Source: an uncultured Candidatus Binatia bacterium (GTDB lineage: Bacteria; Desulfobacterota; Binatia; UBA9968; JAJDTQ01). From it: DNA of 64,000 bases. Position 1 is the stretch's first letter. The number at the start of each line of letters is the position of its first letter. Below the pieces are notes generated by a model that had not been told where the DNA came from, searched no databases, and saw only the letters and a list, made by a program, of their open reading frames with translations. The DNA lies in assembly GCA_965213675.1 (NCBI GenBank), contig OZ243916.1, forward strand, positions 672,001-736,000. The letters are read 5' to 3'. Below are positions 56,292 to 64,000 of this stretch, piece after piece. The position numbers were made by a program, and so were the translations under genes.

Positions 56292-57722
56292 ATGGCTCGA
56301 AGGCGAAAGGGCTGGACGTTCCTGCCGCGAAGAAACCTGGGTCTCCTGGGGGCACTGGCCGTGCTGCTGGTCCTGGTCGTGGGGGGCGTCCTGGTGATGC
56401 GGCAATGGGAGTGGTCCCAGCCGAGCATTGAGGTTCGTCTTGATCGAGCCACCGTCGGAAGGCGCGCATTCGCCGTTGAGGTGGCCGACCGCGGCACCGG
56501 CCTTTCCTACGTTTCCATCGACGTCGTCTCCGCGGGCGTGTTAATACCGATCCACTCCCAGCAGTTCACCGAAGCCGTGTACTCGTTCGATATTTCCGTA
56601 CAGCTCGATCCGCAAAAGCACCGCTTGAAGGACGGCCCCGGTGTGCTGAAGGTGACCGCGGTGGACCGTTCCTACTGGCGGTTTTTTCGCGGAAACGAGT
56701 CCATTCTGGAAAAACAGGTTCTTCTGGACTTCAAGCCGCCGGCCGTGGAGATTACCGGCGATGATCGCTACGTCACCCAGGGCGGCACCGGCCTTGTGAC
56801 CTACAGGGCTTCGCCGGACACGAAGCGAACCGGTGTGAAGATCGCGCGGTACTTCTTTCCGGCGTACAGGAATCCGAGCGCGGATGACGGCGCGTATCTG
56901 GCTTTTTTCTCCCATCCCTACGACGTCCCGGCCACCGAGCAGGCGGTGATCGCGGCCGAAGACTTCGCCGGCAACAAGTCGGAGTCTCTGTTGAGATACA
57001 ACGTCCGGCCGCTCCGGTACCGGTCGGTTCGGGTCGCGGTTTCCGACGACTTCATCCGGCGGAAGATCGTGCCGCTGGTCAGCACGGCCGGCGGTTCGGG
57101 TGGAGGCCCTCGCCAACAGTTCGTCAAGGTCAATCGCGACCTGCGGCGGGTCAACGAGGACACGATTCGCAAGACGTGCCGGCGCTCCGCGCCGAGGAAG
57201 CTTTGGGACGGCCGTTTCAGGCAACTCGCCAACTCCGCGGTACAAGCCAACTTCGCTGATCGACGCTCCTACTACTACCGCGACGAGAAGATCGACGAGG
57301 CGCGTCACCTGGGTTACGACCTGGCCGTCACCCGGCAGTATCCCGTGGGAGCGGCCAACAGCGGGGCGGTGGTATTCGCCGGTCCGCTGGGGATCTACGG
57401 CAACACCGTGATTATCGATCACGGACTGGGCTTGTGCAGCCTCTATTCCCACCTGAGCTCGGTGACCGTGAACGCCGGAGAGACGGTCCGGAAGGGCGCC
57501 AATATCGGCCGCACCGGTGAAACGGGTCTTGCCGTCGGGGACCACCTGCACTACGGCGTCTATATTCACGGTGTCGCGGTGCTGCCGCTGGAATGGTGGG
57601 ACCCGAAGTGGATCCGGGACAATGTCGCGGGCAAGCTCAAGCCCCCGGCCAAGGCGGCAGGCCGTACACGAGCGCCCGCGTCAGGGCTTTTGCCGCGGCG
57701 CGCCGCTCGCGGGGACACGTGA
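56292..57722 (+). CDS. M23 family metallopeptidase with N-terminal membrane anchor
   Basis: HLGYD, YGNTVIIDHG, YSHL, GDHLHY. Confidence 0.92.
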   Translation: MARRRKGWTFLPRRNLGLLGALAVLLVLVVGGVLVMRQWEWSQPSIEVRLDRATVGRRAFAVEVADRGTGLSYVSIDVVSAGVLIPIHSQQFTEAVYSFDISVQLDPQKHRLKDGPGVLKVTAVDRSYWRFFRGNESILEKQVLLDFKPPAVEITGDDRYVTQGGTGLVTYRASPDTKRTGVKIARYFFPAYRNPSADDGAYLAFFSHPYDVPATEQAVIAAEDFAGNKSESLLRYNVRPLRYRSVRVAVSDDFIRRKIVPLVSTAGGSGGGPRQQFVKVNRDLRRVNEDTIRKTCRRSAPRKLWDGRFRQLANSAVQANFADRRSYYYRDEKIDEARHLGYDLAVTRQYPVGAANSGAVVFAGPLGIYGNTVIIDHGLGLCSLYSHLSSVTVNAGETVRKGANIGRTGETGLAVGDHLHYGVYIHGVAVLPLEWWDPKWIRDNVAGKLKPPAKAAGRTRAPASGLLPRRAARGDT

Positions 57723-58138
57723 GGGTGGCCGCGGGCATACTCTCCCGGGCCGGCCGATTCCTGGTGTGTCAGCGGCGGGGCGACGGCCTGTTCCCGCGCA
57801 AGTGGGAGTTCCCCGGGGGCAAGATCGAAGCGGGGGAAGGGGCGCGCGCCGCCCTTGACCGCGAACTCAGGGAAGAATTGAATGTGACGGTCGAGGAGAC
57901 TCGCGAGATCTTCCGGCATACTTACGAATATGCCGGTGGTTTGCGGGTGGAGTTGGTGTTCTTCGAGGTGCTTTCCTACGGTGGCATCCCGCGCAATCAA
58001 GTATTCGAGCGCATCGATTGGGTGCCCGCGGAGGCGCTTGGGACGCTCGACTTTCTGGAAGGGGACCAGCCGCTGGTGCGGGTCCTGTCGGACGGCGGTC
58101 TGAAGCGGCTGCCGGAACGGAGGGAGGAGCCTGGATGA
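57719..58138 (+). CDS. NUDIX hydrolase (MutT/NudG-like)
   Basis: GTGA overlap with the M23 stop; KWEFPGGKIEAGE...ALDRELREEL. Confidence 0.88.
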   Translation: MRVAAGILSRAGRFLVCQRRGDGLFPRKWEFPGGKIEAGEGARAALDRELREELNVTVEETREIFRHTYEYAGGLRVELVFFEVLSYGGIPRNQVFERIDWVPAEALGTLDFLEGDQPLVRVLSDGGLKRLPERREEPG

Positions 58139-59223
58139 TCCTGGTATTGCGTCCGGAAGACATAGACGGCCTGATCACCATGAAGGAAGCCGTCGACCTG
58201 GTGCGGGAGGGGTTCGCTCAGTGGGAGCAGAATCCGGACATCAGCATGGTGCGCCGGCGCACACACATGCCGTCGAACGTGCGCGTCAGCGTCCATCAGG
58301 GAGGGCTGCCCGCGGTCGGGGTTACCGGCTTGATGACCCACTGCGAATGGACCAAGAATCCGGTCCACGGATCGCATTCCATCGAGGCCTTTCCGGTGCG
58401 CGGACGGCCCACGCAGGTGCTCTTCGATTCCGAGACCGGAGAGCTGCGTTGTGTCATCATCGGCGAGCCGAGGCCGCGCGAGTTGTCCCTGAGCGGCGTG
58501 TCCGCCCTGCGCACCGCCGCCAACAGCGCGGTGGGTACGGATCTGCTGGCGCGCAAGGACGCCCGCACCGTCGGCATGCTGGGATCGCAGAATCAGGCCA
58601 AGTACCACCTGCTTGCGTTGCGGGAAATACGCGCCCTCGGGACCGTCAAGGTGTTCAGCCCGAACCCCGAGCACCGGAAGGAGTTCGCCGATGAGATGGG
58701 CGATCTCACGGGACTGGAGATCCGCCCGGTGGAGAGCGCCCGGGAGGCCGTCCGGGACGCCGACATGGTCATCGCCGCCACCAGCTCCAACGTCCCGGTG
58801 CTGGACGGCCACTGGCTGGAGCCCGGTGTCCACCTGACTTCCATCGTCCTCAGCAACATCGGGCTGATGCGCGGCGGCTTCGTCCCCAAGATGCGCCAGG
58901 AACTGGACGACGAGAGCATGCGGCGCGCGGACATCATCGGCGTCAATTCCCGGCAGACCATCGAGGTGGATCAACCCGGCGACTTCATGGAGCGGCTGGA
59001 GAAGGGCATCATCTCCTGGGACAAGATCGTCGAGGCTGGCGAGATCCTGAACGGCGTGAAGCCGGGACGCACCGCCGACAGCCAGATCACCCTGTTCAAG
59101 AACACGGGCGGGGTGGGGATTTCCGACGTGGCCATCGGAGGCAGGTTGTACCAGTTGGCGCGCGAACGCGGCCTCGGCATCGAGTTGCCCATCGACGGCG
59201 CCGAGTGGCGCGAGCCGCTCTAG
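58135..59223 (+). CDS. Ornithine cyclodeaminase / mu-crystallin family protein
   Basis: ATGA overlap, GGAGGAG SD; SALRTAA, GSQNQA, AATSS, ITLFKNTG. Confidence 0.88.
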   Translation: MILVLRPEDIDGLITMKEAVDLVREGFAQWEQNPDISMVRRRTHMPSNVRVSVHQGGLPAVGVTGLMTHCEWTKNPVHGSHSIEAFPVRGRPTQVLFDSETGELRCVIIGEPRPRELSLSGVSALRTAANSAVGTDLLARKDARTVGMLGSQNQAKYHLLALREIRALGTVKVFSPNPEHRKEFADEMGDLTGLEIRPVESAREAVRDADMVIAATSSNVPVLDGHWLEPGVHLTSIVLSNIGLMRGGFVPKMRQELDDESMRRADIIGVNSRQTIEVDQPGDFMERLEKGIISWDKIVEAGEILNGVKPGRTADSQITLFKNTGGVGISDVAIGGRLYQLARERGLGIELPIDGAEWREPL

Positions 59224-59382
59224 GAGCCTGCGCCGGAGGAATTCGCGAAAGCGAAAATTCGCTATCGCCGTCCCTTCGGCCGGTCGATTGAGGAGAATAT
59301 CAGGTCATATTTGACGAAATCGAGCGGCCGAAGGGACGGATGAGAGCGGATTTGCAGCCGTGAATTCCTGCGGCGCAGGCTC
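59224..59382. mobile_element. MITE (family B-related 'C' type) with CTAG target duplication
   Basis: CTAG-GAGCCTGCGCC ... GGCGCAGGCTC-CTAG; internal long hairpin; core TTGAGGAGAATATCAGGTCATATTTGACGAAATC shared with family B (reverse complement). Confidence 0.82.
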
Positions 59383-59437
59383 CTAGGGGGCCCGGGGAAC
59401 GCCGGGTCGATTGCCGGCGATCGGAAAGGATGCGGTC

Positions 59438-60541
59438 ATGACCCTGATCCTGAACAACGACGACGTGAAGCAGGTCCTTACCATGGACGTCACCATGGCG
59501 GCGCTCGAAAAGGCGTATGTGGAGCTGGTGGAGAAGGAGGCTGTGTGCCGTCCGCGAATCGACCTGCAGGTGCCCACCTCGGACCCCGAAAAGTTGTACC
59601 AGTGGGGCACCATGGAAGGCGGCTCCACCTCCGGCTACTTCGCCATTCGCATGAAGTCGGATGTCATCTACGAGCAGGAATACAACGGCGCCGTCACGCA
59701 GGAGAAGTACTGTGTCCGGCCGGGGCGTTTCTGCGGCCTGATCCTGCTCACCAGCATCGAAAACGGCGAGCCACTGGCGCTGCTGAACGACGGCCACCTG
59801 CAACACATGCGCGTGGGCGCCGACTCCGGCATCGGCGCGAAGTACATGGCCCGCGAGGACGCGGCTGTGGTGGGCATGGTGGGTTCGGGCGGCATGGCGC
59901 GCTCGCACCTGGAAGCATTCATGAATGTCCGGCGCATCGAACGGGTGCAGGTCTACAGTCCCACCAAGGCGAACCGGGAGGCGTATGCCCGGGAAATGAC
60001 CGAGCAGTTCGACGTGGAGGCCGTGCCCCTGAGCGACCCGGACGCGGTCTACAAGGGCGCCGACATCCTTGCCGGGTGCACCGATTCCGCGGTGGACATC
60101 ATCAAGGGGGCGTTGGTGGAACCGGGCACCCACATCACTTCCATCGGCGGCCGGCCGGATGCCGAGACCTTCGAGCGCATCGAAGCGTCGTTGAGGCTGG
60201 GTACGGCGCCGGCTCCCTGGGGGCTGGATGAGTTCGCACTACCCGACGAATACATCACCTATGCGGCGCGGCCCGAAGACGATGCCGGGTTCAAGATGAA
60301 GCGCAAGCGCCGCCGCGCCCACGGCGTGCAGGGCGGCGACAGGAACGTGATGCTGGCGGACCTGCTGGCGGGCCGGCATCCGGGCCGGACTTCCGAGGAC
60401 CAGATCACCTATTCGGAGCGGGGCAACGTTCAGGGCGCCCAGTTCTATTCGGTGGCGGGCAAGGTCTACGAGCTGGCCAGGGCACAGGGTCTGGGGAAGG
60501 AGATTCCCACGGACTGGCTGCTGCAGGACATCCGGGACTGA
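59438..60541 (+). CDS. Ornithine cyclodeaminase / mu-crystallin family protein
   Basis: MTLILNNDDV; QHMRVGA, GSGGMA, YSPT. Confidence 0.88.
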   Translation: MTLILNNDDVKQVLTMDVTMAALEKAYVELVEKEAVCRPRIDLQVPTSDPEKLYQWGTMEGGSTSGYFAIRMKSDVIYEQEYNGAVTQEKYCVRPGRFCGLILLTSIENGEPLALLNDGHLQHMRVGADSGIGAKYMAREDAAVVGMVGSGGMARSHLEAFMNVRRIERVQVYSPTKANREAYAREMTEQFDVEAVPLSDPDAVYKGADILAGCTDSAVDIIKGALVEPGTHITSIGGRPDAETFERIEASLRLGTAPAPWGLDEFALPDEYITYAARPEDDAGFKMKRKRRRAHGVQGGDRNVMLADLLAGRHPGRTSEDQITYSERGNVQGAQFYSVAGKVYELARAQGLGKEIPTDWLLQDIRD

Positions 60542-60718
60542 CGGCAGGGGCGGCGACCGGTCGTCCCGTGGCAAGGACCGCGCCAGGCGTCCTTCGCCAG
60601 GCGACCGCTGGTCGCCCCCACCCGCTGGATATCGAACGGGCCGCCACCTTGATCCTGAACCATGATTGCAAGGGCGCCCGGCGGTCGCCCTTGCCCGCTG
60701 GATGCCGGGAGGGACGCC

Positions 60719-61819
60719 ATGCTGATCCTGAACAATGACGAGATCGAAGCACTGCTTTCCATGGACACCTGTCTCGACGTGTTGAACAAGGCCTATCAGC
60801 AACTCGCCGACGGCCATGCGGTCAACCGCCCGCGTACGGATCTCTACCTGCCTTTTCCCGAGACTTCGGGCGTGTACGCCTTCAAGTCCATGGAGGCGGG
60901 CCTGTTCGATCCCAAGGTGGTGGCGCTGCGGCTCAACTCGGACGTGATCCGCTGGGAGGACCGCGGTGACCGCATCGTCAAGGACAAGATCCCCACGGCG
61001 CCGGGGGGCAAGTGGGTGGGTCTCGTGCTGCTGTTCTCGGCCGAGACCGGCGAGCCCCTGGCCATCTTCCCGGACGGGGTGATTCAGGCCTACCGCGTGG
61101 CCGCTACCAGCGCGGTGGCGGCTCGGTACATGGCGCAAGAAGAGGTGTCCTGTCTCGGGATGCTCGGTTCGGGCTGGCAGGCCCGCGCCCACGTGGAAGC
61201 CTTTTGCAAGGTGCGTTCCTTCGAGAAGGTGTTGGCATTCAGCCCCACCCAGGCGAACCGCGAGTCCTTCGCCAGGGAAATGGCGGCGAAGGTCGGCGTT
61301 CCGGTGGAACCCTGCGCGGACGCCGTGGCAGTGGCCCAGCAGTCACAGGTGCTGGTGGCGGCCACCAATGCCATCACGCGGGTCATTCCGCCGGAATGGG
61401 TGCGTCCCGGCCTCCATTTTACCTGCGTCAAGACGTCCGAATTGGGCGACGAGACCGTGGCGCGCGCGGACCGTGTGGTACTGCATACGCGCAAGGCCGC
61501 GCCGGAGAACTACATCGCCGGGATGGGTGACGAAAGAGTGGTGGCCCACGACCCATTGGAGTTCCTCAACGCGGCGGACAAGGACTCGGTGGAGCGGCCC
61601 AAGGAGCCGCCTTGGCTCGACGCACCGGAACTCAAGGACGTGGTGTCCGGGAAAGTGGCGGGTCGTACAAGCCCCGACGAGTCCACGTGCTTCATCAACA
61701 CCATCGGCCTGGGGCTGCAGTTTGCGGCCGTCGGGGGTGCGGTTTACGCGGATGCCAGGGCCAAGGGTGTGGGGCGGGAGATCCCGACGGACTGGTTCCT
61801 GGAGTCGGTGCACCCTTGA
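60719..61819 (+). CDS. Ornithine cyclodeaminase / mu-crystallin family protein
   Basis: MLILNNDEI with GGGAGG SD; QAYRVAA, GSGWQA, GLGLQFAA. Confidence 0.88.
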   Translation: MLILNNDEIEALLSMDTCLDVLNKAYQQLADGHAVNRPRTDLYLPFPETSGVYAFKSMEAGLFDPKVVALRLNSDVIRWEDRGDRIVKDKIPTAPGGKWVGLVLLFSAETGEPLAIFPDGVIQAYRVAATSAVAARYMAQEEVSCLGMLGSGWQARAHVEAFCKVRSFEKVLAFSPTQANRESFAREMAAKVGVPVEPCADAVAVAQQSQVLVAATNAITRVIPPEWVRPGLHFTCVKTSELGDETVARADRVVLHTRKAAPENYIAGMGDERVVAHDPLEFLNAADKDSVERPKEPPWLDAPELKDVVSGKVAGRTSPDESTCFINTIGLGLQFAAVGGAVYADARAKGVGREIPTDWFLESVHP

Positions 61820-61837
61820 CGGGGTGGCGCAGACACC

Positions 61838-62000
61838 TAGTGTGGTGTCTGGTTAATACGCGACATAATCTGCGGGTCTTTTTCGCCGTCGGCTGCGTTG
61901 CTCTTCCTCGCGTGGTACCCGCCACTGCTCGTCATCGCGCCTTGCCGACAACAAAAAATCCTCCGCAGATTATGACGCGAATTAACCAGACACCACACTA
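61838..62000. mobile_element. MITE family A copy 3
   Basis: 163 bp, same TIRs, CTAG context; right end overlaps the TAG of the convergent phosphatase gene. Confidence 0.9.
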
Positions 62001-62729
62001 GCGCTTCCAGCGCGGAGCCACGTCCGTCACCCGTACCGAGCGGCTGCCACGGCGAATTTGATAGAGTGCCCGGCCGTTGATCTCGAGGCAGCTCAGGGCG
62101 TTGCCGTAGACCAGACCGGTGTCGAGGCCGATCTTGTAGGGCAGGTCGAAGAAGGCGTCCTGCATCGGCGTATGGCCGAAGAGGACGGTGTGCGGCAATT
62201 CATGGGGGTTCATGATGAACTCCCGCCGTATCCACAGGAGTTCCTCGTCCGACTGCTCGTCCCAGGCGCGCCGCGGATTGATTCCCGCGTGCACGCACAG
62301 AAAGCCGGAGATGAAGCGCCACGGCTCGAGTCGCATGAGGAACTCGACGTGTTCCGGCGGCAGCGCCGCGAGAAGACGCTGGCCGTCGGCCGCGGTGGGG
62401 GAACGGGCCGGACCCTCCACGCCGTAGCTGGCCAACGTGGCCATCCCGCCGTTCAGAAGAAAGACGTCCCCATGGTGGCCTGACAGCCCCATGAACGACA
62501 GCATCATGTCTTCATGGTTGCCGCGCAGGAATACGGTATTCTGCTCGCCACGCCGTTTCAGATCGGTGAGATAGTCGATGACCCCCTTCGAGTCGGGGCC
62601 GCGGTCGATGTAGTCGCCCAGGAAGACGAGGGTGTCGTCCTTTTCGAGGGGGAGGCCTGCGACCAGGGACGACAGTTCGTCCACGCATCCGTGCACGTCA
62701 CCGATCACGTAGCACTTCATCCCTTGCAC
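61998..62729 (-). CDS. Calcineurin-like metallophosphoesterase (PPP-type Ser/Thr phosphatase)
   Basis: IGDVHG, LGDYIDRG, RGNHE, HAG, FGHTP, LDTG; start 62720-62729. Confidence 0.92.
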   Translation of the reverse strand: MQGMKCYVIGDVHGCVDELSSLVAGLPLEKDDTLVFLGDYIDRGPDSKGVIDYLTDLKRRGEQNTVFLRGNHEDMMLSFMGLSGHHGDVFLLNGGMATLASYGVEGPARSPTAADGQRLLAALPPEHVEFLMRLEPWRFISGFLCVHAGINPRRAWDEQSDEELLWIRREFIMNPHELPHTVLFGHTPMQDAFFDLPYKIGLDTGLVYGNALSCLEINGRALYQIRRGSRSVRVTDVAPRWKR

Positions 62730-62755
62730 TTCCTTTATGGCTCCGCTACCGTCCG

Positions 62756-63136
62756 ATGCCCATGAGTCTCAAGGAACTGTACCTGAAGCCCGGTTTCGTC
62801 ACCGGTCTGGTGCTGGTGTTGTTGGGAGCCGGCAACTGGATCGTCGGTTCCGTGCAGGTGGCTCACTATCGTGCGGTGGTGGCGGCCGGATCCGGGTTCG
62901 GCGCGGACGGCGGGTTCGGGGCAAGGACGCCGCGAGAGAACCGGCAGATTCTCGGCCGCATCCACGAGGAGAGGGAGCAGTACGACGCCGCCAAGGTCAA
63001 AATGGACTTCTTCCATGTGGTGCTGACGGGCGGTCTGATGTTTTTTCTGGCCGGCCTTTTTCTGGCCGGTTTCTCTCTTTTCATGTCGTCCGCGGCGTGG
63101 CGCGGACGACCTCAACGGGAAGGTTTGGACTTCTGA
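62756..63136 (+). CDS. Hypothetical 2-TM membrane protein
   Basis: Two hydrophobic segments around a soluble loop; fills the gap between two minus-strand genes. Confidence 0.6.
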   Translation: MPMSLKELYLKPGFVTGLVLVLLGAGNWIVGSVQVAHYRAVVAAGSGFGADGGFGARTPRENRQILGRIHEEREQYDAAKVKMDFFHVVLTGGLMFFLAGLFLAGFSLFMSSAAWRGRPQREGLDF

Positions 63137-64000
63137 TACTTTCTGTAGTCGTAACCGGTGGCCATGGACAGCAGCAGATCCTCCATGCCCCCTTCCTTCT
63201 CCCGCCTGAGAATCAGCAACCGCTCGAAGAAATCGCGGAAGGTCTTCTGGAGTCGCTGCCGCTCTCCGTTATCCCGCAGGTAGAAGTCGTGCAGGCTGGT
63301 AGCGGCGGTCCGCAGGGCCGAGAAGCGCAGTTCGTTGGGGAACGAATCCCATTCGGGCAGCGACAAGGGGCGCAACCCTTCATAGCCCATGATCAATTCC
63401 TCGAACCGGTCCAGCCGGTAACGTCCTTCGTGGTAACAGACAGCATTGACGGTAGTGGCAAGGTCGCAGATGAATTTTCCACGGCATGCCTTGTCGAAGT
63501 CCATGATCCCGACCAGGCGCGAGCCCTTGAACTTCATGCTTTCCCACGAAAGATCGCCGTGGATGATGCCCTTGGGGAGATTGTTGTCGAGATAGGACTC
63601 CAGGTAGTTGACCTCGTCATCCAACACCCGGACGATGGTCTTGAGGTGGGTCGGGAGGATCTTCCGCACCTCCTGGTACAACGCCGCCACCCTTGAGAAG
63701 GAGAAGCGGTTCTCCACGCCCTTCTTGTATCCTCTTCCGATCAGATGCAGGTCGGCGAGCACCCGTCCGGCGGCGGAAATCTGTCTCCGTGTCAGATCCG
63801 CCACGGGGACCTCGGCCCCATCGATGTTGCGGCTGGCCGAAATGAACCGGCCGTCGGCCTGAAGGTAGTGCTGCCCGCCCCGGCTCTTCAGGGGCTGCAG
63901 GCACTGGAATCCGTGGCGCCGCAAGAACAACAGGAGCTCGATGTCATGCTTGACCTCATTCTCGCTCTTGAATCCCTCGATGGAGACGAGGAACTTGCCT
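63112..64000 (-). CDS. Homoserine kinase type II / APH-family phosphotransferase-like protein (5' part outside window)
   Basis: Frame is open to the window edge; LADLHL, PKGIIHGDL, GIMDFD, DLA, GYEGLRPLS. Confidence 0.8.
   Translation of the reverse strand, partial: GKFLVSIEGFKSENEVKHDIELLLFLRRHGFQCLQPLKSRGGQHYLQADGRFISASRNIDGAEVPVADLTRRQISAAGRVLADLHLIGRGYKKGVENRFSFSRVAALYQEVRKILPTHLKTIVRVLDDEVNYLESYLDNNLPKGIIHGDLSWESMKFKGSRLVGIMDFDKACRGKFICDLATTVNAVCYHEGRYRLDRFEELIMGYEGLRPLSLPEWDSFPNELRFSALRTAATSLHDFYLRDNGERQRLQKTFRDFFERLLILRREKEGGMEDLLLSMATGYDYRKYQKSKPSR

Overview
High-GC (roughly 65-70% by eye) bacterial chromosome window with about 55 CDSs. It mixes housekeeping genes (argC, ispG, dus, maf, prc, cysS, glcDEF) with a dense set of paralogous catabolic enzymes: nine amidohydrolase-fold proteins plus one remnant, two UbiD proteins, a three-subunit xanthine-dehydrogenase-family molybdoenzyme, two phytoene-dehydrogenase-like flavoproteins, three tandem ornithine-cyclodeaminase/mu-crystallin proteins, two Asp/Glu racemase-fold proteins, an LLM monooxygenase and a CoA-transferase. 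This profile resembles Binatota/'Deltaproteobacteria' genomes (inference only). The strongest sequence-level discovery is a 2,114-bp transposase-less cassette at 7531-9644. It has 24-bp terminal inverted repeats and an 8-bp target duplication of the IS1595 type, and carries a surface lipoprotein with a zinc-peptidase motif (low-GC core) plus two micro-ORFs. Other highlights: all complete amidohydrolases carry a DxH/H/E/DxxHxD ligand set like dinuclear oxygenases; two MITE families occur, one nested in the other and often at TAG stop codons; and a DUF1640 coiled-coil gene is frameshifted within a 33-bp tandem repeat. I saw no rRNA, tRNA or CRISPR array. All functional calls come from recognising motifs by eye; no database searches were run.
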